Positions 17,996 to 37,538 of a DNA stretch of 64,000 nucleotides are shown one piece after another. The translations under genes were made by a program, and so were the position numbers. How positions within the stretch are numbered: position 1 is the stretch's first letter; each line of letters begins with the position of its first letter. Location of the stretch: NCBI RefSeq assembly GCF_009914755.1, contig NC_060938.1. One strand, given 5' to 3'. The notes beneath the pieces are model-generated. The model worked only from the letters and a program-made list of their open reading frames with translations. It did not search any database and was not told the DNA's origin. The DNA is from the human T2T-CHM13v2.0 reference genome, Homo sapiens.

Positions 17996-19259
17996 TGTTA
18001 CAGAATCCTGAGACGTCACTTTTCTGCCTGAAACCTCTGGCTGGTGGCGCCTTTACCTGTGTTTTGCTCGGGCCCACTGGGTTCGTTCCGTCCACTCGGC
18101 TCATGCTAGTGGTGTGGATCCCACACCTGCCAAGGGTGAGCTGGGTACAGAGCAGTGAAGGGTGTGTGAGCAACCAAGCATGGGATCTGGCCACTGCACA
18201 CAGCCAAGCATGCCAGCTGCAGTGAGGTGGGCCGCTCCAGGTACCGGTACAGGTGCCAGCTCCCTGTGAGGCTGCAGCTAGACCAGACCGACTGCAAACA
18301 GCTTCCACTGTGTGTATCAGGGAATGCAGTGGCGCCCAGAAACTTGGAGATGCAGGAACTGCAGAGCCCCAAAGAAGGCATCACAGCCCTGGCTTGGGGA
18401 GCTCCTAGGTCTGGGCTCCCTGAAGGGCCACAGCTCTTGTCTCCTTCTCTCTTCTCTTCTTCTTGCCTGCAATTTGGCAAGCAAGGGGGGCGTTTCAGCC
18501 CTGTTTATGTTACACCTCTTTCAGCTCTGCTAGTTTGCAGGTCCCGAGTTCTTGTCCTGAGTCCAGGAAGAATGAGGTATGTGGGCAAGTAGAAGGTGAG
18601 CAAGGTGAAGAGGTGCTTTATTGAGCAACAGTACAGCTCAGAGGAGAACTGCAGTGGGTAACTCCTTTCTGCAGGCAGGTCATCCAAACGTCTGTTCAGC
18701 TCTCAGCAGCTGAGAGAGACACACTGAGGTTAGCTGTGCCCACATTGCTGAGGCTGTTCGAGCTGAGGAGTGCCTTCAGGCCAGTGCTGAGCCACTCTTA
18801 GCCCCACCTCAACCTCCCTCTTGTGCTCGTCACTGCCCAAAGTCTGGAGAGGGCCGAGGTGGCAGGGGGCTGGCTTGTCAGCACTGCCCTGAGCTTGCAC
18901 AAACCGGGCCGGGTTGCGACTGTGCCTGGGTTCAGCCTCAACTTGGATCCGAAGTTGGAGTGGGCTCTGGGAGTGGAGAGATGCCAGGTGGTGGGACCAG
19001 GTACGACTGAGCCTGCGGGGGCAGGGGGGCTTGCTGGGCCTCTGAGAGTGCAAAGATGCCCTGGTTTGCAGTCATGGCTGGATGGCTGCAGCTGTGCCTG
19101 GGAGGGCGGAGCTCCAGCCTGCCAATTTAGAAGGGGTGGGTCTCCCACCCGTTCCTGGCTCCCACCAGCTTCGAGGAGCGCACAGCCCCAGCCACTCCTC
19201 CCCACTGCAGCCAGTGTCTCCATAGCAACTGCTCCACGTGGACCACAGCTGCCATCACA
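17996..19259 (-). mobile_element. MER52A-type solo LTR
   Basis: GC-rich 1.26 kb element. Reverse complement starts TGTGATGGCAGC and ends ...GATTCTGTAACA, like recalled MER52A. Confidence 0.8.
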
Positions 19260-19377
19260 GAGCAGTCCTTGCAGGTGCCTTTCTTGTACCTCAGCACTCC
19301 TGGGGGTCATTAGAAGCCCTAGCAACGCTGCTCACCACACTATAGCTCCGGAGGCCCTAGCAGTCCTGCTACCACAG

Positions 19378-19395
19378 ATCCCACTTCTGACACCA
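19378..19395 (-). other. retroviral primer-binding site, tRNA-Leu(CAA)
   Basis: The + strand reads ATCCCACTTCTGACACCA, the recalled 3' 18 nt of tRNA-Leu(CAA) including CCA, directly beside the 5' LTR. Confidence 0.85.
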
Positions 19396-19397
19396 TC

Positions 19398-19874
19398 TAT
19401 TAAAAGAAAATCTTCAGCTGAATTAAATTTAAAGGAACTTAATTGAGCAATGAATGATTCACGAATCAGGCAGCCCCCAGAATCACAGCAGATTTGGTGA
19501 GACTCCAGCACAGCTACATGGTGGAAGATTTATAGACAATAAAGGGAACCTGATGTACAGAAATCTGAAGTGAGGAGTGAGGACCAGAAGCAACTGGGTC
19601 CCTTACCGTTCTCAGCAGTGAGGTCCAGAAGCAACTGGACTGGTTCCAGTGCTCAGCATTTGCCTTATCTGAACACAGCTGAACACTCAGCAGTGTGTGA
19701 GTGGCAGAAGTTTGGTTGTTGGGATTGGCCAGGACTCAGCTATAGTTACAGGTGCATACTCCTAAGTTAGGTTTTCAGTCTTCCTACCTATTAAGTTAGG
19801 TTGCAGTTTGTCCACAGGGACTCAAATCTAGAAGTACAGAGTCCTTCCCAGGCCATATTTAGTTCACTGTAACA
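19398..19874 (-). mobile_element. MER57A 5' LTR
   Basis: Homologous to 5912-6310, with a short internal duplication (gtgaggwccagaagcaactgg x2). Confidence 0.85.
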
Positions 19875-20284
19875 GTTCCTATTATGACCTCACTGACAGT
19901 TCTTTTTCTCTGAATTCTCCTTTCTTCTCAACAGCTTATCCAAATGTTCCATTAGCCCCTGTTCATCCCGCCCTGCAGTTCTCCTTGACTGATTCAGCCC
20001 TTTGTGGTTTGCAGTCCTGTTTCTCTACAGGTTGGACCCCTTCAGTCTTTCCATCATAGGTTTAACTCTCTGTTGAATGCTTCTTTGTAGCTACGCAAAA
20101 GTTACCTTAAGCTCAAAAAATTCAAAGTGAAAGCCACATCCTCCTCTCTTCCCTTATGTGTATGATATTACTACCATGCAGCCAGTGACCCAAAATGGGA
20201 TTTCTTCTGGGCTTTTCTTGCTTAGATTCAGGCTCATCTGGTGTCAAGCCTTGTTACTTTTGTTTCCTTGTTCTTTTATTTTTA

Positions 20285-20579
<295 letters not shown>

Positions 20580-21309
20580 TGCTTGTTGTTTTCATCTCAT
20601 CCTGATTTCTGAATACAGGAGAGGAGCTGAGTTGGTGTTCACTAACAAGCACGGAAGCTTTGTTACATTTACAGTGTCATTCTTGGCAAAACCTGAATGG
20701 TATGTTTGTGGGGTGATGAGATTCAGTCCCCTGTGACCTGTGCATCTGGCCAACACTGTGGTGACATCCTTAGGAATCCATGGGGAGAGACAAAGCATTC
20801 AGGAGTTAGTGGGTCACATTTGACAAAGGCCAATAAAGAAATATGCAAAGACAAAAGTCAAGAAGAACATTGTCATATTTTACACCTTTTGTTTATATAA
20901 ATTTATGTCAATGATTCTAGCTTATGTTAATATGCAATGTATACAATATGCTAACATATACAATACATGTTTATAGTTTAAACATTTCTGTCATGTTTTC
21001 AGATTCTTTAAAGATTATATTAAACTTCCTATTTCAGATAGCTGTTTAAAATGAGTAAGGAGAAACGGATGTTTGCATCAGTTCTAACTGTTTATGGACT
21101 AAAACTAGTTGATTTCTTGGTTAAGAACAAAAAGTGACAACCTAATTAACTGAAAATTTGAAGTAGGCAATTATAGTTTTAGCTTTAACGTAAAATATTA
21201 ACTATGCTCCATTCTTGCATTTTTAACCTAATACTCAATATAAATCGCTACATGCCGTTTCAGATCAAGGTTCTACTTGTGATCTCTCATGAGTTTTTCA
21301 AGGTTTTAA

Positions 21310-23410
21310 TTATCTGAGATGTAACAATGTACCAGTAACCTTACTGGCTTAAACCAGGAATTTATTCTTTTTACATGTCACAATTTTCTGGGTCAAGACA
21401 CTGGACAGGGCGGTGTTGGTTGGTTGCTTCATGATGTCCTTGGTCTCATCTGGAAGGACTCTAGTGGCTGGGGACATGGAGCAGGCACCCAGCCCTCTCT
21501 TCGTGGCCAGCACGGACTTCCTCCCAGTCTGGCAGCGTCAGGTAGTCAGGTTTGTCTGGCTTCTCCCAGGGTGTGTGTCCAAGAGGCCCAGGCAGAAGCT
21601 GTAAGGACTCTCATGATCGCCCCTCAGAAGTCCCAGAGCATCTCTCCTGCCACACTGCCCAGTCGCACTCATCACTGAGACCAGCCATGATTCAAGGGGT
21701 GAAGGTGATTAGATTCCACCTCTTGATGAGAAGCATAGTAGGAACCTGCAGCAGTCTTTAATAAACCACAGCTTGTCCTCTGGCCACAAACTATTAACAT
21801 TTCTCCTACATGCAAATTATGCTTTGCCCCTCTCAAGAGCCCCAGAAAGGTTTTCCTTATGGCACTGGCTAGTAACCCAACTGAATCCTGAATCAGGTTG
21901 TGGTGGCCTGTCATCTGCACCCACACACACTCAGCCGCAGTGAGGACTGAATCAGGTTGTGGTGACCTGTCATCTGACCCCCCACACACAGCCACAGTGA
22001 GGACTGAATCAGGTTGTGGTGGCCTGTCTGCCCCTGACACACTCAGCCACAGTGAGGACTGAATCAGGTTGTTATGACCTATCATCTGAGCCCACAATCT
22101 CAGCCTCAGTGAGGGGACTGGTGTGAAAACAGTCGGCATTTCCCTTTAGAAGCTGTTGGTGGGAGGCAAGAGGGAAGTGCTGCCCTGCAGGCCCCGTCTA
22201 ACAGTTGGTCATTCCCATGGGGTGCCTGTTACAGTTCTGTGATTAGTGCCCAGTCCTGGTCCCTGAGAACGGCACCCAGTTCTGGTCCCTGAGAATGGTG
22301 TTTGTGTCCTTTTACTCTTCCCTCTGGGCTTTTGTCATTCTCCATGTTCTTTTTCCTTCAGTGCCTGGGTTGCCGTTGACCAACTTTCCCTGCCTTTTTC
22401 TTATGGTCAATAGGGTATTCAATGGCTTCTTTTTCATTTTTTTTCCTTTTCTTTTCTTTTTTTTTTTTTTTTTACTTTGGCCTTTTGAGACAAGAAATTA
22501 TTTCTTTATATTTTCTCTAAATTCTGTTTGAAAACTGAACCTTCTTCTTTAGATCATGTCCCTCTCCTGTCATATTTATTCAGTGACAGTTAGCGGAGGC
22601 TGGTAGCACTTTCCATGTTCTTCCCAGATGTCTCCTTAGGCAGATCCCTGAGATGGTGCAGTGCCCTTTCAGTTTCCATGTTGTGGCCATAGTTTTCCCA
22701 CAGTCCCTCAGCACGTAACTCTCAGGCCTTTTCTCCAGTTTCCAATGACATTTTCTTACCGTCCTTCAGGCCCTGACCAAGTGTCTTGATGCTCTTCCAG
22801 GTTGCATGAATGGTCTCCTTGAGGCCCAGTTACAGATCAGCCTCACAGTCGTGTCACATATTGTAGCTTCTGATTACCACAGCAGCTCATTTCCAGCTGT
22901 CATATTCTGTTCCAGTTATCTATTCTGAAGAAACCATCCCCAAAACTTGGCAGCTTAAAACAACTCATTATTACTTGTTTTTTGGCTTAGAGAGTCTTGG
23001 TGGTCAGCTCATCTCACACACAGTTGCAGCCAAGCTGGATTGTGTGAAAGCACAGTGAGGTGGTGTGCAGGGTGGCTCACTAGTGGTTGGGAGTGGATGT
23101 TGCTGGAGGCTCACTAGTTGTTGGGAGTCGGTGTTGCTGGAGGCTCAGTGGGGGATGTCAATGCATGTAGCTAGTCATGGACTGGCCGTTTGGTTTCCAT
23201 CATGAGGTCTCAGGGGAGTGGGATTTCCTGCCTGGTGACTGGCTTTCTCCTGGATAAGTGTTCTGTTTTCTCAGCCTGGCTTCTGAAGTCCCCAAATACC
23301 ACCTTTGTCACCTTCTGTTGGCCAAATAAGTCAGTAGTTTGGTCAAGGTTTAAGGGGAATTGGTCCTCACAGAGAGAGGAGCAGGAAAGAAGTTGTCACC
23401 TTTAGTCTAC
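21310..23410 (-). mobile_element. degenerate MLT1 (MaLR) LTR/internal/LTR remnants
   Basis: MLT1-like ends, e.g. 'ccagttatctattctgaagaaaccatccccaaaacttggcagcttaaaacaac' at ~22912. Highly diverged. Confidence 0.45.
21889..22112. repeat. ~57-bp tandem repeat, 4 copies
   Basis: Recurring gaggactgaatcaggttgtggtg(g/a)cctgtc...cagccacagt. Confidence 0.9.
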
Positions 23411-24244
23411 CAGAAATGAGATTTTTATAACAAGTTTGTTCCAAATACATTCCAGTTCCCCTTGTGAATACTTTTTTGACTCACAGGGTATTTCAAAGTT
23501 TATTACTTGGTTTTCAGACATTTGAGGCTTTTCTGGTTATCAATTTGTTGTTGGTTTCTAATTTAATTTCAACTGTTCAGACAACATCCTTTGTATAGTA
23601 TTTCAGGCTTGAACCTTTTCTCAATCGATCGACATACAGTCTATCTTGGTACTGCCAAGTACCATTTGGGTCAGGATTTTGTCATTTAGATCCATATTTT
23701 TCCTATATTTTTATCTGGTTGTCCCATCAGTTACTGAGAGAGCAGTATTAATTCACCAGCTATAATTTTGGATTGTCAATTTCCTGCTTTTGTTCTGTTG
23801 TTTTTGATTCACATACTTTGAGGTTGTGTGTGTGTGTGTACTTTGTGTGCATTTTGAGGCACAATTTTTAATTGTAACATCATCCTCTCTGTTTCTTTTA
23901 TTTTTATTAAATTACCCTGTTTATTTCTGGTGATATATTTTGCTCTGAAGCCTCTTTCATCTAGTGTTAACATCTCTGTTGAAGCTTTTTATGATTAGTG
24001 TCTGGATAGCATATTTTTATGATTAGTGTCTGCATAGCATATTTTTTCTCATACTTTGTTTGTGTCTTTGTGTTTAAATTGTGTCTCTGTGGATGCCATA
24101 TTGTTGGGTCTTGCCTTCCTCTCAGGTCTGGCAGTCTCTGTCTTAAGTAGAGTATTTGTCCAGTTACATTGTAACTAATCATTGCTAAGGTTGGATTTAG
24201 GTCTGCCATTTTTCTACTTATTTTCTATTTGTTTTTTTATTATT

Positions 24245-24527
24245 TTTAAGACAGGGTCTTGCTCTGTCACCCAGACTGTAGTGCAATGATGCAGTCTTGG
24301 CTCACTGCAACCTCTGCCTCCCAGGCCCAACCAATCCTCACTTGAGCCCCCTGAGTAGCTGGGACTACAGGTGCATGGCACCACACCTGGCTAATTTTTA
24401 TATTTTTTGTAGAGATAGAGTTTTGCCATGTTGCACAGGCTGGTCTTGAACTCCTGAGCTCAAGCAACCTACCCACCTTGGCCTCCCAAATTGTTCAGAT
24501 TACAGGCATGAGCTACCATGCCTGGTC
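24245..24527 (-). mobile_element. Alu (AluJ-like)
   Basis: Diverged reverse Alu dimer. Confidence 0.9.
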
Positions 24528-24638
24528 TTCGTCTGTCTTTTGATCTTCTATATATTCTTTCCTAACTTCTTTTGGGTTAAATATTTCTAAATATTCCAGT
24601 TTGATTAATATTTTGGCTTTTTGAAATAATTTTTTATA

Positions 24639-24937
<299 letters not shown>

Positions 24938-26843
24938 TTATAAATAATTTATTATTTCTAATTTTGGTAACAAACACATACCTTAAAATTTACCATCATA
25001 ACCAGTTGTAAGTGTACAGTTTTGTAGAGTTAAGAATATTTACAGTGTTGTGTAGCAGATTTCTAGATTTTTTTTTTTATCTTGGAAAACTCTATATCCA
25101 TTCAACAACTATTAATTCCCCCTTCCTTCCACCTCCTGGCAAGTACTATTCTACTTTGTGTTTCTAAAACTTTGGCTTATATACCTAGGGTTATGTAATA
25201 TTTGTTGTTTTGTAAGTAGGTTCCATGTTATGTGTCAGATGTGTCAGGATTTTCTTCCTTTCTATGGCTGAATAATATTTCTTCATATATATATATATTT
25301 TCTCTCTCTCTCTCTCTATATATATATCCTTTTGTTTATCCATCTATTCCTGGATGGACGTTTTGGTTTCTTCCACTTGTGGCTGTGTAATGCTCCTGTG
25401 AACATAGGTGTGCACATATCTGTTGGAGTTCCCGCTACTAGTTATTCTGTCTCTGTAGAAGTTGGATGCCTGGATCATATGGTCATTTTATTTTATTTTT
25501 TGTGAGGAGCCAGTTCATATTTCCACCAACAGTGTTCAAGGGTTTCAGTTTCACCTGCACTTGTTACTTTCTGTTGGGTTAGAAGTGATGTCCCATTGTG
25601 GTTTCTATTTGCATTTCTTTAATGACTAGTGATGTTACACATCTTCTCATATATCTCATGTATCTGTTGGCTATTTTTATATCATCTTTGCATCTTTGGA
25701 TAAATGTTCTTTGTCCATTTTTTAATCACTTTATTTTGTTGTTGTGTTGTAGTGGGGTTTTTTGGTCATGATCATTCATTTATCTCACAGTTCATTCTTG
25801 TTACTTGGGCCAGGGTCATGGTCATTCATTATCTCTCAGTTCATCCTCATTACGTTGGGCAAACAGTCATGCTGCAGGGTATAGATTATGTTATTCTGTT
25901 ACTTTCAGATAGAATTGGGGCCTAGGTTCTAATTGTTTCTAAGTTTAGATTCTGAATGAGAATCAGCAGAGGTAGACCACTGCTGCTGAGGCCTGGGGAT
26001 TGCTGGGGAAAAGGCAGGAAACAGATACGGACCTGACCATGGAGGGTTTGTGTTTCACGGCTCCCATCTGGGTACCCAAGGAACCTACATGTAGCTCGTG
26101 TGTGGAGAGCCTACATTGCCCACTCAAAGCAATTGAGGATGGAACAGTCTTGGGGCTGGAGCTCATTATTTGGAATGATAACCACATCTGCACAGAGAGG
26201 ACCTGACAAGATGTTGTCCTTCCATGTATATCTGGGAATCCTCTGTAGGGTCTCTCTGTAAGGACAGGGGCAGTGTTGGCTCCTTGGCCTCTAGTTAGCC
26301 TCACAAGTAGTCTAGTAAAGGCTTTGCAAACTTGTCACCATCTGTGGACATTCTGGCCAGCTCTTGTTTTCACCCTACTGACTTCTTCAGACACTAGGCT
26401 TTTGCTTTAGACCATTCATGGTTTTTCTTCCTCTTCAAATCAGTAATAAATAAAACCTCTTCAAATCAATAAATTTCCACTCCTTTAGGAAACCCTGGTC
26501 TTCTGGTCACACCAAGGTTTAATTAACTGGTTTGATTGTTTTTCTGTTTTGTTTTTTTTTTCCTTCTTCCTAGGGGTTTCTAGTAATTCTAGTTTGATGT
26601 CTCACTTTCTCCATTTTTTATTTCTTAGTTTTCTTCTGTGATTATTTTCACTGCAGCTGCAGGGCCTAATCCTAGGTTGGCAGAGAACTAGCACTTACTC
26701 TGCCCTAATTGGAATCCAGGAGAGATAGGAGGTGCCCTAGTGTGAAAATGTGTTTGCTCCTCTCTGCTTCTGGTAGTCTCTCTGTAGGAGTACTTTACGT
26801 ATTCTGTATGTTCACTTCTTATGAGATACATGATAAGCAACTA

Positions 26844-27056
26844 TAGGTTGAATGTCTCTGATCCAAAAATCTGAAATCCCAAATGCTCCAAAGTCTGAAA
26901 CTTTTAGAGTGCCAACATGACACTCAAAGGAAATGCTTATTGGAGCATCTCAGACTCAGGTGTTTGAATTCGAGATGCTCAACCAGTAAGAATAGTGCAA
27001 ATATTACAAAATCTGAAACACATCCCAAGCATTTCAAATAAGGAACACTCAACTGG
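26844..27056. mobile_element. Tigger4a/MER46-type MITE
   Basis: Terminal inverted repeats (taggttga... / ...tcaactgg) and internal 'ccaacatgacactcaaaggaaatgcttattggagcat'. Confidence 0.8.
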
Positions 27057-27783
27057 TATTTTATTTACTCTACAGTTTGCCTTTTACCCTGTTGGTTGTG
27101 ACCTTTGAGGTACAGAAGTTTTTAGGTTTGATATATTTTTGCTTTTACTGCCTGAGCTTTTAATGTCATATCCTAAAAATTATTGACAAATTCATCGTCA
27201 TAAAGCATTTTCCAAATTTGTTTTCCCTAGGAGTTTGATAGTTCTAGTTTTACATTTAGGTTTATAATTCACTTTGAATTAATTTTAACGTGTTGTAAGG
27301 TAAGAGTCCAACTTCACTGTTTTGCATGTAGATATACAATTTTCCCAACACAATTTGTTGCAGAAACTGTCCTTCACCATTGAGTGGTCTTGGCATCCTT
27401 GTGGAACATCATCGGACCATATATGCCAGGGTTGGTTTCTGAGGTCTCTGTTGTGTTGGTCCATAAGTGTGTCAAGAGTGTATTTATGCCATGACCACAT
27501 TTTTTTTTTGGCTTATTGCAGTTTTGTAATTGTTTTGAGACCTTTAATTTTGTTCTGTTTCAAGATCGATTTGCCTATTCATGGGCCCTGGAGATTCCAT
27601 ATGAATTTTAGGATAGGTTTTTCTGTTTATCAAAAATGTCATTGGAATCTTTATAAGGATTGTATTGAATCTAGGTCACTTCGTGTAGTGTTGACATCAT
27701 TCCAAGATGAAATCATCTAATCTGCAAACCCAGCTTTTCTTTTCATTTATTTGTGTTTAATTTCTTTCAACAGTGTTTTGTAG

Positions 27784-28871
<1,088 letters not shown>

Positions 28872-29895
28872 TCTTTTTAAAATTTTATTTGCAGATTGTT
28901 CATTGTTAGTTTATAGAAATGCAACTGACTTGAGAGTGTTACTATATCCTGAAACTTTGTTGAAGTTCATTATTCTACCAGTATTTTGTGGAATTTCAGA
29001 ATTTTTACACATTACATCCTGTTGTCTGTGAACAAAATTTTGTACTTTTTCCTTTCCATTGGCATGCTTTTTATTACTTTCTCTTGCCTAATTATTCTAA
29101 GTAGAAATTCCAGTGCTCTGGTGAATAGAAGTGGCAGGAAGAGAAGTTGCTATCTTATTCCTGATCCTAGAGGAAAAGATTTTAGTTTTTCACGATTGAC
29201 TATGATGTTAGCTGTGAGCTTTTCATGTATAATCTTTATTTACTGAGGAGTTTCCATATATTACTAATTCTTTGAGTGTTTTTATTACAAAAGGTGTTCA
29301 TCTGGCTCTGGAACCAGATAAATGTTGACCTGATAGAATGGATTGGAATGTCCCCTTCTGGTTTTTTGAACATTTTTGGAAGATTTTGCAGAGGATTGGC
29401 ATTAATTCTTCTTGAAATGTTTGGTAAAATTTTCCAGTGAAGTTATCTGGACCTGGAATTTTCTTTTTGGTGGGGTTTTTGATTACTGGTTGAATCTTCT
29501 TACTAGTTACAGGTCTGTTTGGATTTTTTATTTCTCCATGATGCAGTATGGTGGTTTGTGTTTCTAGGAATTTATAAATTTATTCTAGGTTGCCCAGTTT
29601 GGTGGCATATGGTTGCTCACATTAGTGTCTTGTAATCTTTTTCATTTCTGTGGCATGTGTTGTACTGTCAACTCTTTTATTTATGATTGTAGTATTTGAG
29701 ATTTCTCTTTTTTTCTTAATATAGTTGTGAGTTTTAAAATTTTTATTGATCTTTAAAAAAACAAACTCAGTGTTTTTTTTCCTTTTTTTCTGGTCTTATT
29801 CTGCTTATCTCTGCTCTAATCTGTTAATTTCTTCCTTTTGCTTGGTTTGTCATTAGTTTTTTTTTCCTTCTTCATGTGTAATGTTAGGTTATTGA

Positions 29896-30140
29896 TTTGA
29901 GATCTTTCTTCTTTTTAATTTAAGCACCGGCAGCTATAAGCTTCCCTTTAGCAAGGGTTTGAGATCTTTCTTCTTTTTAATTTAAGCATCTGCAGCTGTA
30001 AACTTCCCTTTAGCACGGGTTTGAGATCTTTCTTCTTTTTAATTTAAGGATCTGCAGCTGTAAGCTTCCCTTTAGCATGGGTTTGAGATCTTTCTTCTTT
30101 TTAATTTAAGCATCTGCAGCTGTAAGCTTCCCTTTAGCAC
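29896..30140. repeat. 62-bp tandem repeat, 4 copies
   Basis: Units start tttgagatctttcttctttttaatttaag at 29896, 29958, 30020 and 30082. Confidence 0.95.
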
Positions 30141-30339
30141 TGCCTTTGTTGCCTCCTCCTGAGTTTGGGTATGTCATAGTTTCGTTTTCATTTGCTTAAA
30201 CATTTTTTGTCCTATTGTAATATAATTGTGTTGTTTTTAATAAAGGTAATTAATGAAACACATAATGAATTGTGCTTCTGTTTTTATAATATTTTAAGCA
30301 TTCTTAACTCAGAAATGTAAATTTTAGAAAAAAATTCCA

Positions 30340-32227
<1,888 letters not shown>

Positions 32228-32253
32228 TTAAGTATTTTTTTAAGTGTAGAATA

Positions 32254-35485
<3,232 letters not shown>

Positions 35486-35756
35486 TGTTTTGATAGACTC
35501 TGACAATCTCTATCTTTGAATTGGTACATTCATACCATTAGCATTCAAAGTGATTATTGATATCATTGGATTAATATCTACTATATTTGTTACTGTTTTC
35601 TATTCATTCTCCTCAGTCTCCATTCTTTTGTCTACCACTCTTTTTCTGCCTTTTGCAGTTTTCATTGATGATTTTAGATGACTACATTTTCCCTGTCTTT
35701 CTTAGCATATACTTCTCTTTTTAAAACTTTTTTTAACTAGTTGCCACAGAATTTGC

Positions 35757-36365
35757 AATATACATTTACAACCAATTCAAGTCCACTTTCAAATAACACT
35801 ATCCAACTATCCCACAAATAAGACTACCTGCTTAACAAACAAAACACCTAATTCCTCAGTAACATTTACAACCAATGCAAGTCCACTTTCAAATAACACT
35901 ATCCCACTATCCCACAAATAAGACTACCTGCTTAACAAAGAACACACCTAATTCCTCAATATACATTTACAACCAATTCAAATCCACTTTCAGATAACAC
36001 TATCCCACTTCACGGGTGACTACCTGCTTAACAAAGAAAACACCTGATTCCTCCCTCCCATCCTTCCATTCCATTCCTTGTATTATTGTTCCTTATTTCA
36101 CTTGTGTATAAGCATACATAATCTATCTGTGTGTATTTATTATTATCTACAAACTTATTGGTCAGATCAATTATGAATAAATACATGTTTTTATTGTACC
36201 ACAATTCCTCCCTCCCATCCTTCCATTCCATTCCTTGTATTAGTGTTACTCATTTAACTTGTGTATAAGCATACATCATCTATCTGTGTGTATTTGTTAT
36301 TGTCTATGAACTTCTTGGTCAGATCAATTAAGAATAAATACATAGGTTTTTATTGTACCACAATT
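35757..36365. repeat. adjacent tandem duplications: ~100 bp x3 then ~157 bp x2
   Basis: 'acatttacaaccaat...cacctaattcctc' occurs three times; 'ttcctccctcccatcc...ttattgtaccacaa' starts at 36048 and 36205. Confidence 0.9.
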
Positions 36366-37404
36366 CTTTAATGCTCTTTTTTAAAAATGTTGATCAAAGT
36401 TTCAGTTATATATCTTTTGTTTCCCTCTAAAGAATTTCATTTAACATTTCTTGCAAGACAGGTCTCCTGGCAACAAGTTTCTTGAATTTTTATTTTTCTG
36501 AGGAAGGCCTTAATTTTCCTTCACTTTTGAAGGGTGTTTTCAGTGGGTACAGAAACTTAGGTTGGTGGGTTTTTCTCTGTCAACATTTTGAATTTTTCAT
36601 TTCACTGTCTTCTTGCTTTCACAGTTTCTGCAATGTTGAATGCAGTTCTTATCTTTGTGTCTCTGTAGGTAAGGTGTTTTCTGCCCCACCTCTGGTTTCT
36701 TTCAGAGTTTCCCTTTATCTTTTATTTCATATAGTTTGAAAATTATATGTCCAAGTGTAGGTTGTTGGCATTTATTCTGCCTGGTGTTCTCGGAGCTTCC
36801 TGGATCTTTGGTTTGGTGTCTGACATTAATACTGGAAGTTCTCAGACATGGTTGTTGCAGAACTTTCTTCTATTTCTTCCCCTCCTGGTATTCTCATTAC
36901 TCTGTTTCACCTTTTGTAGTTGTCCCACAGTCTTGGATATCATCTTCTGTTCTTTTCAGTGTTTCTTTTCTTTAGTTTTCGAAGTTTCTGATGATAAATC
37001 CTCAAGCTCAGAGATTATTTACTCAGCTGAGTCCAGTCTACTAATAAGCCATCAGAGGTATTCTTCAGTTATTTACCACATTTTTTACCACTACATTATG
37101 TTGAAGGTTCTTACGATGTCTGTCTTTCTGATTACATTACCCATCTATACTTGAATGCTGTCTACTTCATTCATTAGGCCCTTAGCATATTCTCCAGAGG
37201 TTTAAAAAAATTCCAAAATCATATCTTTGTCTGCTTCTGAAGCTTGCTCTGTTAATACAAATTGTATTTTTTTTCTTTTTTTGGATTTTAGTATGCCTTT
37301 CAATTTTTTCCCTTTATTCTCATGCATGAAGCACCCACTAAAAGTGACTGCTGTTAGTATAGCTTTAGTAATGCGGTGATGAGGTGACAGGGCAGGTGAT
37401 GCTC

Positions 37405-37538
37405 TCTTAGTCTTTTTAGGCTACTATAACAAAATACTTTAGACTGAGTAATTCATAAACAACAGAGATTATTGCTCACAGATCTGGAGGCTGGAAAGTC
37501 CAAGACTAAAGGGGCAGGATATTTAGTGTTTGGTGAAG
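37405..37538 (-). mobile_element. MLT1A/MST-type MaLR LTR fragment
   Basis: tcttagtc...ggctactataacaaaatac...gctcacagatctggaggctggaaagtccaagac...ggtgaagg. Confidence 0.8.

Noticed and set aside
19378-19395. tRNA-Leu gene
   Set aside because: Only the 3' 18 nt including CCA are present, next to an LTR. This is a primer-binding site.
18730-19446. 207-aa and 175-aa ORFs
   Set aside because: They lie in the GC-rich MER52A LTR, where stop codons are rare, and have no recognisable domain.
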